Shown: positions 27,860 through 37,284 of the stretch, piece after piece
How the letters are laid out: each line of letters opens with the position of its first letter
How positions within the stretch are numbered: the stretch's first letter is position 1
Assembly: GCA_040878815.1 (NCBI GenBank)
Contig: JBBDLO010000036.1
Location: 1-59,037, forward strand
Direction of reading: 5' to 3'
Origin: Gemmatimonadota bacterium
GTDB taxonomy: Bacteria > Gemmatimonadota > Gemmatimonadetes > Longimicrobiales > Gaopeijiaceae
Length of the DNA stretch: 59,037 nt
Program-made: the position numbers and the translations under genes
Notes under the pieces: generated by a model
The model's input: the letters and a program-made list of their open reading frames with translations, nothing else
Told to the model about the DNA's origin: nothing
The model's database searches: none

Positions 27860-27879
27860 TCACCGCTGGGAAGGAATCG

Positions 27880-28854
27880 TTACTGGTCGCCGGCGAGCGC
27901 ACGGATCGTACGGGAAACCCGCTGCGGCCGGAAGCGTTCCACGGGTACATCCTGCAGGACAAGGACAGGAAGTGGGGACTGGAGGAGGATCTTGGCCGCC
28001 GTGCCCCCGACGGGCCAGGACGACCTGTGTCCCCCGCCATGTGCACTGAGAACGACGAGTCCCACCTCCTCGGTTCGAACGAGGTCGAGGACCGCCTCAG
28101 CCGGGCCGGACCCGCCTTCGATGATGCGACAATCGATCGAGACGTCTGACCCCTTGAACCGCCAGTGCACCTCGTCGAGATATCGCTTCGCCTCGAGTCG
28201 ATTTTCCTCACGAACGCGGTTGGCGAGGTCACCGACCCGCCCCGAGCCGGGGAGCCGGCTCAGGACCTGCGGGCGATCCACCACGTGAACGACCGAGAGT
28301 CGGGCTCCGGCTCCACGCGCAAGGGCGGCCGCAAAGCCGAGCGTCCAGTCGCTTCGCGGAGAGCAATCGACTGGAGCGAGTACACTCCCGTACGCCACAT
28401 CCGTCATGCGGGACGGCGGGGATGGACACTCTTCGGGAGCCAAGAAGATGCCCACGCGGGCGTTCATGATCACCGCCAATGCGGTACATCCGATTCCAAG
28501 ATGCGGGTCGTCCCCCGTGCCGTGGGGCGTCAACCCGATCAGGTCGTACTCCCCTTTCCGGAGGAGGCCGACCATCACCGCCGCCGCGCCCCCTTCCTCC
28601 ACACTCGTCCACACGCGCACGCCGACATCTCGCAGTTCCTCCGCCTTCCTCTCGAGGTAACGCCCCCTCTCGGCCCGAACCATGCGCGTACCGAAGGGAT
28701 CGACGGTCGCCCGTCCGCAGTGAAGCGCTTGCCCCGATACGATGTGCAGGAGATCCAGTCGGGCGTCAAATACCTTGGCCACCGCACGCATGTGAGGCAG
28801 GATGCGCTCCGCCCGGCTCGATCCATCCAGCGGAACCAGGATTCGGCGGATCAT
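27880..28854 (-). CDS. Tandem universal stress protein (two UspA domains)
   Basis: Two repeats have the pattern ILVPLDGS...A / LAPVDCS...A, and each ends in a G..GxG...GS-type ATP-binding motif (GLTPHGTGDDPHLGIGCT and VLSAHGGGHRSSWPVGGTA). Confidence 0.8.
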   Translation of the reverse strand: MIRRILVPLDGSSRAERILPHMRAVAKVFDARLDLLHIVSGQALHCGRATVDPFGTRMVRAERGRYLERKAEELRDVGVRVWTSVEEGGAAAVMVGLLRKGEYDLIGLTPHGTGDDPHLGIGCTALAVIMNARVGIFLAPEECPSPPSRMTDVAYGSVLAPVDCSPRSDWTLGFAAALARGAGARLSVVHVVDRPQVLSRLPGSGRVGDLANRVREENRLEAKRYLDEVHWRFKGSDVSIDCRIIEGGSGPAEAVLDLVRTEEVGLVVLSAHGGGHRSSWPVGGTAAKILLQSPLPVLVLQDVPVERFRPQRVSRTIRALAGDQ

Positions 28855-29007
28855 CCTTGCGGCCTCCCGAAAGTAGGAAGGAAGGACCCCCGACGCTCAC
28901 GATGGAGCGCCTGCGCAATCCGTCCCCACGTCAAATCATACGCAGCGGCAACGCCTCGGAGCAACCATCACCGAGGGCACCCTCACGAGACTGGGTGATT
29001 CACCCCA

Positions 29008-29826
29008 CTACCCATTGGATTCGACCCGATGCGCGAGACCGCGTCGTCGGCGGCGGCGCTCGAATTCTCCCGAACGGACGAGGTGCAATCGGTGGCGCTC
29101 GGCCTCCGTAAGGAGCGATACCACCCCCTCCCCACCGTCCGCGACGGTCCGGATCACGGGCGGCTTCCAGTCGTCGGGCCGAGAGGAAGAGAACTCACGT
29201 GCCTCACGGAGTTCGGCCTCCAGTTGGTCGGCCCCGGGGAGGTCGGCCTTGTTGATGACCAGGAGATCGGCGATCTCGACGAGCCCGGACTTCATGGCCT
29301 GGACTGCGTCGCCCTGTCCGGGCATCATCACGACGGCCACCGTATCGACGGCGGTCGCCACCTGGCCTTCGAGCTGCCCCACTCCCACCGTCTCGACCAA
29401 GGTGTGTGAAACCCCCGTCCCGTCGATCAGGTCCAGGACTGCCAGCGTCGCAGGCCCAAGCCCCCCCGAAGACTGGCGCGAGGCCATGGATCGGAAGAAG
29501 ATGCCTTCGTCGCTGCCCAGAGCCCCGAGCCGAATCCGGTCCCCAAGGAGCGCCCCGCCCGAACGAGGCGACGAAGGATCGACCGCCAGGATGGCGACCC
29601 TCGAGGACTGCGCCCGGAGCGTCCTCGCGAGCTCACGCACGAGCGAGGACTTTCCCACCCCGGGGGCACCGGTGATCCCGATCCGGTGTGGGAGGGCCAC
29701 GAGGCGAGAACGCACCCGGGCGAGAAGGTCGTCGGCCCCGGCCTCGCCGTCCTCCACGATGGAGATCGCCCGCGCCAACGCCCCGGGATCACCTGCCGCG
29801 AGCGCTTCGGCCAGACGCTCGGTCAT
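29008..29826 (-). CDS. meaB: Methylmalonyl-CoA mutase-associated G3E GTPase MeaB/ArgK
   Basis: Motifs ALARAISIVED, IGITGAPGVGKSS, AILAVDPSSPRSGGALLGDRIR, LVETVGVGQ and LVINKADL. I place the start at the ATG overlapping the ubiB stop (ATGA). Confidence 0.85.
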   Translation of the reverse strand: MTERLAEALAAGDPGALARAISIVEDGEAGADDLLARVRSRLVALPHRIGITGAPGVGKSSLVRELARTLRAQSSRVAILAVDPSSPRSGGALLGDRIRLGALGSDEGIFFRSMASRQSSGGLGPATLAVLDLIDGTGVSHTLVETVGVGQLEGQVATAVDTVAVVMMPGQGDAVQAMKSGLVEIADLLVINKADLPGADQLEAELREAREFSSSRPDDWKPPVIRTVADGGEGVVSLLTEAERHRLHLVRSGEFERRRRRRGLAHRVESNG

Positions 29827-31475
29827 GAGCGGGGCCGGATCCCCCGTGCATGCCGCAGGGGGTTCTCGAGGAGATGGGCCGGAATGAACAGGACCAAGAC
29901 GAAGAGCAGGAGCGCGACGCCCAGTCCGAGCCCGAGGAGCCACACGTTCTCCACGGCTACGAAGACGATGGCCGAGATGACGGCCGTGGCCGTCGCGAAG
30001 ATCGAGAGGAGGAGGCGCCGCTCCAGGAGGTGGAGGAAGCGCTCCTGTGCCTGAACATCTCTCGGGTGTACGCGCACCCGCAACTCCTCGCTTTCGGTTC
30101 GCCGCAGGAGCTCTCGAAGCGAACGCAGCACGTGGGTCGCCTCACCGAAGAGGTCGCGTGCCACTGTCATCGGTTCGCGTCCCGTCTCCTTGAGGAGTTC
30201 GGCCCGATAGGATCGGACGACGCGCCGGATGAGGTGGAGCCCGTTGAAGTCCGGATCGTACCGGAAGCCGATCCCCTCGAGGAGCACGGCGGCTCGAAAG
30301 AAGTAGACGAGTTCCTGGGGGAGGAGGAGGGGCCATGTATAGAACGTATCCCACAGCTCCTGGACGATCTCCTGGACTCGCTGGCGAGCGGAGAGGCGGG
30401 CCTTCTCCATGATTCGCATGATCTCGGTCGCCCCTTCGCGAACCTCACTCCGCGAGACCTCCGGTGAGATCATACCGAGCCGGTACATCCCATTGATGAT
30501 CCCGTCCAGCTCTTCCCGCTCGACCGCCAGGGCGATGGCCAGGATCGAATCGCGACTCCATCGCGGAACCTCGAGTACCATCCCCCAGTCCAGGATTACG
30601 ATGGTGCCGTCCGCGGCGATCAGGAGATTCCCCGGGTGCGGATCCGCGTGGAGGAATCCCTCCATCATCATCATGCGCAGGTAGACGCCGATGAGCCGTT
30701 CCATGACGTCGTCGAAGTGGAGCTGGCCCGAAGCGAACCGCTCCTGGAGGCGGTCCACCTTGGTGCCCTCCAGGTGCTCCATGACCAAGAGCCGCCGGGT
30801 GGTGTGCTCTGCGAGAACCTCCGGAACCCGCACGCCGGAGATCGAGGCGAAGATGCGGCGGGCCCGATCCATGTGCTCGGCCTCACGCCGGAAGTCCATC
30901 TCCTCGCGCACCCGCACCGAGAACTCACGCACGGCATTCGTGATCCCTCGAATGTGGTGATTCGGAAAGAGGATGTTCAGCCAGAAAAGCACGCGAAAGG
31001 AAAGGTCGAGGTCGAGGGCCACCACCTCTTCCACATTGGGGCGCAGGATCTTCACGGCGACGTCCCGGTCTCCGATCCGAGCGCGATGAACCTGTCCAAG
31101 CGAGGCCGCGGCGATCGGCACCGAATCGAAGCGCTGGAAGACCTCCCCTACCGGCGCACCGAGCTCCGCTTCGATCGCGCGCCGTGCCTCGTCGGCAGGA
31201 ACGGCCGGTACCTGGTCCTGAAGACGCCCGATCGCGGACAGATACGGCTCGGGAACCAGGTCGGCTCGCGCCCCGAAGATCTGACCGAGCTTCACGAAGG
31301 TGGGGCCCAGCGAGGCGATCGTTGCCGCGAGCTTCGCGGCCCGACGCTCGTGGTGGCCCTGAGCGCGACGCGCCGGCCGACCCAAGAGGACGAAGCGGCG
31401 CCGATCCCGGAGGAAGGCGGCCACGAACGGAAAGAAGGCGGCGAAGATGCGCCCGCCACGGGCGATTCGCTTCAC
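29823..31475 (-). CDS. ubiB: ABC1/UbiB-family atypical kinase
   Basis: Motifs LGPTFVKLGQIFGARADLVPEPY, AAASLGQVHRA, VAVKILRP and FLHADPHPGNLL, with C-terminal TM helices. Confidence 0.85.
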   Translation of the reverse strand: MKRIARGGRIFAAFFPFVAAFLRDRRRFVLLGRPARRAQGHHERRAAKLAATIASLGPTFVKLGQIFGARADLVPEPYLSAIGRLQDQVPAVPADEARRAIEAELGAPVGEVFQRFDSVPIAAASLGQVHRARIGDRDVAVKILRPNVEEVVALDLDLSFRVLFWLNILFPNHHIRGITNAVREFSVRVREEMDFRREAEHMDRARRIFASISGVRVPEVLAEHTTRRLLVMEHLEGTKVDRLQERFASGQLHFDDVMERLIGVYLRMMMMEGFLHADPHPGNLLIAADGTIVILDWGMVLEVPRWSRDSILAIALAVEREELDGIINGMYRLGMISPEVSRSEVREGATEIMRIMEKARLSARQRVQEIVQELWDTFYTWPLLLPQELVYFFRAAVLLEGIGFRYDPDFNGLHLIRRVVRSYRAELLKETGREPMTVARDLFGEATHVLRSLRELLRRTESEELRVRVHPRDVQAQERFLHLLERRLLLSIFATATAVISAIVFVAVENVWLLGLGLGVALLLFVLVLFIPAHLLENPLRHARGIRPRS

Positions 31476-31933
31476 GGTGTGGGCTCGGAGGCAACCGAGC
31501 CGTGAGCGGGTGCATCCTCTCCCCGCATCACCTGCTGAACCAATCGCTCCTGCTTCTGAAAGAGCGGGCTCGACTCCGGGTCCTCCTCGGGGTGTTCGTA
31601 CCCCAGGATGTGAAGCGTCCCATGAACCGCCAGGCGTACGAGCTCCTCCTCGTGGGACACCCCATGCTCACGGGCCTGACGCGCCGCCTGATCCACACCC
31701 ACATAGACGTCCCCGATGGGCGGCTCTCCCGGATCGTGCAGGGCGAAGGAGAGAACATCGGGAATCCAGTCATGCCCCAGCCAACGCCGGTTCAGGTCGA
31801 GAATCGGAGAATCGGTCAGGAAGGTGACCGAAACCTCTCCCTCCTGCACGCCTTCTTCGGAAAGCGTGGCACCGATCGCCCGCTCGAGAAGCGCGGTGGG
31901 AACCGGCTGTCCATCGGGAGAGTTGAGGACCAC
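31472..31933 (-). CDS. ybeY: rRNA maturation endoribonuclease YbeY
   Basis: The zinc motif HGTLHILGYEH is present. Its stop overlaps the ubiB start. Confidence 0.9.
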   Translation of the reverse strand: MVLNSPDGQPVPTALLERAIGATLSEEGVQEGEVSVTFLTDSPILDLNRRWLGHDWIPDVLSFALHDPGEPPIGDVYVGVDQAARQAREHGVSHEEELVRLAVHGTLHILGYEHPEEDPESSPLFQKQERLVQQVMRGEDAPAHGSVASEPTP

Positions 31934-31944
31934 CGCGACTTGGC

Positions 31945-34248
31945 TCAGGGCGCCCCCGTTCCCTCCGGGCCCAGCTCCCCTCCTTCCCCGTCCGGTGAGG
32001 GAGACGAAGGCACGGACTCGGTGAGATGGCGGGTGGCAGGATAGTCGATCCGATGGTGAAACACGCCGGTCAAGACCTTCAAGAACTGGTCCTTGATGAG
32101 GCCCACCTCTCTCAGCGTCAGGGGCGACTCATCGAGCTGGCCCGATCGGATCTTGTCCTCCACGATCGAATCGATCAGATCGCGCACACGATCCGGCGTG
32201 GGATCCTGAAGGGCACGCGTCGCCGACTCCACGGAATCCGCCAGCATGGAGATGGCGGTCTCGCGGCTCCGGGGCTTCGGACCCGCATAGCGGTATTCGT
32301 CCGCATCGATCTCCTCGCCTTCCGCCGCCTCCTTCTGTGCGCGTTCCATGAAGTAGGCGATTTCCTGGGTCCCGTGGTGTTGCGGGATGAAGTCGATGAG
32401 GACATCGGGGAGTTTCGCTTCTTCGGCCATCCGGATGCCCTCGGTGACATGCTCCCGTACGATGGCCGCCGAGGTCGCCGGCTTCAATTTGTCGTGGGGA
32501 TTCCGGCCCGCAGGCTGATTCTCGATGAAGTACTGCGGCTTTAACATCTTGCCCACGTCGTGGTAATAGAGCCCGACGCGACACAGCAGTCCGTTGGCGC
32601 CGATGGCGTTGGCGGCAGCCTCGGCCAGATTCGCCACGTTGATCGTGTGGGCGTACGTCCCCGGTGCCTCCATGGAGAGCTTCTTGAGTAGCGGGCGATT
32701 GGGGTCTGCCCACTCCAGAAGGGTCTGGTCCGTAGTGATGCGGGTGAACCACTCGAAGACGGGCAAGAATCCCATCGCGAGGATCGCGCTGACGAGCGCG
32801 TTGCCCGTGGACCACGAGAGCGACCCGAGCAGGGCGGACGAAGTCCACCCGGAAAGGACCCCAAGGGTGAGAATGACGATGGCATAGGCGCTCGCGATGA
32901 TCGCGGCGAACATCCATGTCTGCGCCCGTCGGCGCACGGCCCGCACGGAGAGTGCCGCCGCGGATCCGGCCACGAAGACGGGGAGCCAGGCGTGCACCTC
33001 CTGAAAGGGACCCTGGGCACCGATCAAGGCGGCCAGGGTCGCAGCCAGAATGAGGGCGAGCCGACCATCCCAGAGGACCGCCACGGCCAGCGACACGAAG
33101 GCGATCGGGAGCGCCACCGCCGGGAGGGCCGGGTTTCGGGCCACCACGCCGGCCGCACCGACGAAGGCGAGGATCAGGACACCGAGCAGGAGCAGCCACC
33201 GAAAATTCCGATAGACCTCCCCCGCATAGAGATAGACGAGAGTGCCGAAGACGCCGAGCAGAAGGAGATTGAGGGTGATGCCGCCCACGAAACCGGCGAT
33301 TCCGAACCCGGCGCCCTCTCCGCTCTCCTGGGCCCGAAGCGCCTCCTCGTAGGCACGAAGCCGATCCAGTTCGACCTCTCCGACCTGCTGGTTGGCTCGA
33401 ACGACGGCCTCCCCCTGAAGGACCGTGTTTCGAATCGTGCCGACGGCCCGGCGGGCGACCGTTTGATCCTGCTCGGTCGCCACCGGGTCGAAGCGGAGGG
33501 TCGCATCCATGAAGCGGATGAGCGAGAGCCGAAGCAATTCGTTCATTTCGGGCGCCGTACCCGCAGGAAGGAACTGCGCGGCCTGCTCGAAGAAGTCCCG
33601 CGACGTGAGCACGGTCTCGATGGCCGCGATGCGCTCGGTTCCGTCCGGTTCCGCGATCAGGATGCGTCCCGGCGCCCCAGGATCGACGCGCCCGCCCTCG
33701 TCGAGGACACCCCGAGGCAGAATCTGGCTGACCGCGCTCTGCGCCGCCTCCGCGAGCACACCGCGTGATTCCGCGTCTCGCAGGAGCGCCTTCTGACTGT
33801 CGGAAATGGTGAGCCCGAGCGCCGAGAGGATCCCATCCAGCGCCTGAGTGGGCTGACTGGAAGTCTCCACGGAGGCGATCGACTCGAAGAACTGCTCGAG
33901 GGCCCCGGACATTCTCTGGACGGCTTCGGGGTGATAGCGGAAGGTCGGTGGTACGGCCGAGGCCGCCGCCTCCCGCTCCCGCTCGAGGTCTTCGGGGTTC
34001 TTGGGAACGCCGAAGGTGAGCGAGGCGATGACATCGTCCTCGGCCACGATTCCGAGCTGATAGTTGTCTACCCGCTGGCCCTGAGGTTGTGGAAAGATCA
34101 GCGTCACGGCCACAGCCAACAGGACTAGGAGCAGCGCCCGACTGCCGTGGTGGGAGAGTCGATCGGGCCACCCGGCTCCCGGTGTGCCGGAGAGCCGCGC
34201 AAGGGCCGTTTCTTCCGCCATGCTCCGGTTGGTCGAGGAGGCTCGCAT
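31945..34248 (-). CDS. 7TM-receptor/HD (HDIG) membrane phosphohydrolase, PgpH/YqfF-like
   Basis: Extracellular N-terminal region, seven TM helices, and a C-terminal HD domain (GTYAHTINVANLAEAAA, YYHDVGK, HH..QEIAYF). It occupies the canonical phoH-pgpH-ybeY position. Confidence 0.85.
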   Translation of the reverse strand: MRASSTNRSMAEETALARLSGTPGAGWPDRLSHHGSRALLLVLLAVAVTLIFPQPQGQRVDNYQLGIVAEDDVIASLTFGVPKNPEDLEREREAAASAVPPTFRYHPEAVQRMSGALEQFFESIASVETSSQPTQALDGILSALGLTISDSQKALLRDAESRGVLAEAAQSAVSQILPRGVLDEGGRVDPGAPGRILIAEPDGTERIAAIETVLTSRDFFEQAAQFLPAGTAPEMNELLRLSLIRFMDATLRFDPVATEQDQTVARRAVGTIRNTVLQGEAVVRANQQVGEVELDRLRAYEEALRAQESGEGAGFGIAGFVGGITLNLLLLGVFGTLVYLYAGEVYRNFRWLLLLGVLILAFVGAAGVVARNPALPAVALPIAFVSLAVAVLWDGRLALILAATLAALIGAQGPFQEVHAWLPVFVAGSAAALSVRAVRRRAQTWMFAAIIASAYAIVILTLGVLSGWTSSALLGSLSWSTGNALVSAILAMGFLPVFEWFTRITTDQTLLEWADPNRPLLKKLSMEAPGTYAHTINVANLAEAAANAIGANGLLCRVGLYYHDVGKMLKPQYFIENQPAGRNPHDKLKPATSAAIVREHVTEGIRMAEEAKLPDVLIDFIPQHHGTQEIAYFMERAQKEAAEGEEIDADEYRYAGPKPRSRETAISMLADSVESATRALQDPTPDRVRDLIDSIVEDKIRSGQLDESPLTLREVGLIKDQFLKVLTGVFHHRIDYPATRHLTESVPSSPSPDGEGGELGPEGTGAP

Positions 34249-34255
34249 TCCGGGC

Positions 34256-35236
34256 CTACCCCTCCACCTCTTCTGCGGCCGCGTAGGCCTGAATGATGTC
34301 CTTCACCAGACGATGTCGGATGATGTCTGCCCCGTCGAGGTAGATCACGGAGATCCCTTCGATGCCGGTCAAGATCCTCTCCACTTGAAGGAGTCCGGAG
34401 TCCTCCGATCTCGGAAGGTCAATCTGCGTCTTGTCTCCCGTGATGACCACCTTCGAGTTCAGCCCCAGCCGAGTAAGGAACATCTTCATCTGCGCCGTGG
34501 TCGCATTCTGCGCCTCGTCCAGGATGACGAAGGCATCGGAAAGCGTTCGCCCCCGCATATAGGCGAGCGGGGCGATCTCGATCGTCCGATCCTCGAGGGC
34601 CCGCGCGACCCGGTCGCTCGGCATCATGTCTTCGAGCGCGTCGTAGAGGGGTCGAAGATAGGGGTCTACCTTTTCCTGGAGATCCCCGGGCAGGAACCCC
34701 AAGTTCTCGCCGGCCTCGACCGCAGGCCGCGCAAGGACGATGCGCCGCACCCGCTTCCGGTAGAGCGCGTCGACGGCCGCGGCCACCGCCAGATAGGTCT
34801 TCCCCGTTCCGGCCGGCCCGATGCCGATGACGATATCGTGATCCAGGATGGCCTGGAGGTAGATCTCCTGACCGGCGGACTTGGCGGTGATGACCTTGCG
34901 GGTACCGGGGAGGGCAATTCGAATCCGCTGATCCGCATCCAGGAGCGCAGGTTCCCCCCCTCGGTCGAACTGCTCCACGATGCGGGCCAGGTCCCCGCGG
35001 TCGAAGGGTGCCCGGAGGCGGGCCAGTTCGATGAGATGCTGGATCACGGGGACCGCCCGCTCGAGCCGTTCGAGCGGACCGGAGAGGAGGAGCTGATCTC
35101 CCCTCAGGACGACCCTCACCCCGAAAATATGAGCCAACTCCTGCATGTTGGCATCGTTCACTCCGGCCAAGAGAAGCTGATCGGCCCCCTCGGCGTCGAG
35201 TCGGTGCTCGATGATCGACGGTTCGACGGTCTCCAT
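34256..35236 (-). CDS. phoH: PhoH-family ATPase
   Basis: Walker A GPAGTGKTYLAVA, plus ILDEAQN and ITGDKTQIDLP. Confidence 0.9.
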   Translation of the reverse strand: METVEPSIIEHRLDAEGADQLLLAGVNDANMQELAHIFGVRVVLRGDQLLLSGPLERLERAVPVIQHLIELARLRAPFDRGDLARIVEQFDRGGEPALLDADQRIRIALPGTRKVITAKSAGQEIYLQAILDHDIVIGIGPAGTGKTYLAVAAAVDALYRKRVRRIVLARPAVEAGENLGFLPGDLQEKVDPYLRPLYDALEDMMPSDRVARALEDRTIEIAPLAYMRGRTLSDAFVILDEAQNATTAQMKMFLTRLGLNSKVVITGDKTQIDLPRSEDSGLLQVERILTGIEGISVIYLDGADIIRHRLVKDIIQAYAAAEEVEG

Positions 35237-35244
35237 CCCCCTCC

Positions 35245-37044
35245 CTATCTCGCATCCTTGGCGCGCAGAGCCAGTCCGAGCCCGGACAGCTCTGCAGGAG
35301 CGACGGGCGTCGGTGCCCCTTCGAAGAGGGCCCGCGCCGCCGTGGTCTTGGGGAAGGCGATGACGTCTCGCAGGCTCCCCGCTCCCGTGAAGTCCTTCAC
35401 GATCCGGTCCACCCCCAACGCAATCCCCCCGTGCGGTGGGGCCCCGGAAGCGAGGGCCTCAAGGAGGAACCCGAACTTGCGATCGATCTCCTCCTCCCCC
35501 ATTCCTAGCGTCCGCAGGATCGTGCGCTGAAGACTCGGGTCATGGATTCGGATGCTCCCCGAACCCAGTTCCGAACCGTTGTACACCAGATCGTACGCGA
35601 GTCCCCGCATCGAAGCCGGATCGTCCGTCAGGCGATCCAGATCCTCCGGGTGGGGAAGCACGAACGGGTGATGGCCCGGGTAGAGCGTGCCGTCCTCCTC
35701 TTCGAAGAGGGGAAAGTCGAGGACCCAGAGCCAGGCATGCTCTCGCACCCGCGGGAGTGCCAACGCCCGGACGACGGCCCCGCGCACGGCAGAGAGCGCC
35801 GGGGAAGTGACGCGATCCGGACCGGCGGCCACGAGAAAGAGGTCGCCGGGCCGAGCCCCGAGAGCGTCCCAGTGCCCGGGTTCGAGCCATCGCGAGAGGG
35901 GGCCGCTCGCCCCCTCCTCCGACTGCTTCGCCCAGAGGAGTCCCGGCGCCCCGGCCGCTTTTGCCACCGCCTCGATCGCCTCGATTTCCTTGCGGGAAAG
36001 GCGGGCGCCCCCCGGAATCTGGATCCCGCGGAGCCGCCCTCCCGCCGCGACGGCTCCGCGGAGAATCTCGGAGTCGGCGCCGGCAAGGGGCTGCGTCCAG
36101 TCCGACAGCTCCAGCTCCCACCGAAGGTCGGGACGGTCGGAGCCGTAGCGTTCCATCGCTTCACGGTGCGTCAGTCTCGGAAAGGGCGGCGTCCCCTCGA
36201 TTCCTGCGATCCGGCAGAGCGTCTCCATCAAGCCCTCGATCCACCGAAAGATGTCCTCCGGTGTTACGAAGGAAGCCTCGAGGTCGACCTGCGTGAACTC
36301 AGGCTGGCGATCGGCTCGCAGATCCTCGTCCCGGAAGCAGCGGGCGATCTGGACGTAGCGATCGAACCCCGCGGTCATCAGGATCTGCTTGTAGATCTGC
36401 GGACTCTGGGGAAGCGCATAGAACTCGCCGGGGTGAACGCGGCTCGGCACCAGATAGTCGCGGGCCCCCTCCGGCGTGGTCTTCGTCAGGATCGGGGTCT
36501 CCACCTCGAGGAAGCCGAGGGCGTCAAAATAGTTTCGTGTCGCGAGTACGAGGCGGTGTCGAAGCCGGAGAAGCTCCTGCAACTCCCTCCGACGAAGATC
36601 CAGGTGTCGATGCCGAAGGCGGAGTTCCTCCGCAGGGAGCTCTTCTTCGGGGCCACGGTAGACCGGGATGATCGGGGTCTCGGCCCCATTCAGGAGTTCC
36701 AAGGTCCGCACACGGAATTCCACCTCACCACTCTTCAGTTCGGGGTTCCGGGCGTCTGCGGGCCGAAGTGCCACCTCCCCCTCCACACGGATGACGTCCT
36801 CGCTCCCGAGTCGGGCCGCCCGCCGGAGGCTGTCGGGATCCGTCCAGTCCGGTCCGAAGGAGAGCTGTACCAACCCCCCGGCGTCCCGCAGATCGATGAA
36901 GAGGAGCCCTCCCAGGTCGCGCCGACGATGGACCCATCCGACCATCGTCTCGGACCGCCCCGCATCGGCCGCACCCAGTTCACCACCCAATCGGGTACGA
37001 AGTCCCGTGGCCGAAATACCCGCTTCTTCCATGATTCCCTTCAT
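35245..37044 (-). CDS. aspS: Aspartate--tRNA ligase
   Basis: Class IIb motifs GWVHRRRDLGGLLFIDLRD, YALPQSPQIYKQ, CFRDEDLRADRQPEFTQVD, GSELGSGSIRIH, GAPPHGGIALGVDR. The start is ambiguous between ATG 37044 and ATG 37032. The ORF-track start at 37212 is unlikely. Confidence 0.9.
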   Translation of the reverse strand: MKGIMEEAGISATGLRTRLGGELGAADAGRSETMVGWVHRRRDLGGLLFIDLRDAGGLVQLSFGPDWTDPDSLRRAARLGSEDVIRVEGEVALRPADARNPELKSGEVEFRVRTLELLNGAETPIIPVYRGPEEELPAEELRLRHRHLDLRRRELQELLRLRHRLVLATRNYFDALGFLEVETPILTKTTPEGARDYLVPSRVHPGEFYALPQSPQIYKQILMTAGFDRYVQIARCFRDEDLRADRQPEFTQVDLEASFVTPEDIFRWIEGLMETLCRIAGIEGTPPFPRLTHREAMERYGSDRPDLRWELELSDWTQPLAGADSEILRGAVAAGGRLRGIQIPGGARLSRKEIEAIEAVAKAAGAPGLLWAKQSEEGASGPLSRWLEPGHWDALGARPGDLFLVAAGPDRVTSPALSAVRGAVVRALALPRVREHAWLWVLDFPLFEEEDGTLYPGHHPFVLPHPEDLDRLTDDPASMRGLAYDLVYNGSELGSGSIRIHDPSLQRTILRTLGMGEEEIDRKFGFLLEALASGAPPHGGIALGVDRIVKDFTGAGSLRDVIAFPKTTAARALFEGAPTPVAPAELSGLGLALRAKDAR

Positions 37045-37284
37045 CCCGTGTCCGTGGTTGCAGCAATCCATCCGAAGCCCGCTGCGGGCACCCGCGGCGG
37101 TCGAGCCCTCCCACAACGTTAGCGGCTTAGGGGCAGGGCGAGGGGCATCGGGGCCCGAGAGGGTGAGGAGGCGCTCGTCGAGCCGGCGGTCCGTCGGACG
37201 TCGACGGGCCACCGATTCATCGGGTTTGAGGTAACCGCTAAGTTAATGGCCCCCTGTGCGGTGCTCAAGCAATGAGGGAAGGTC

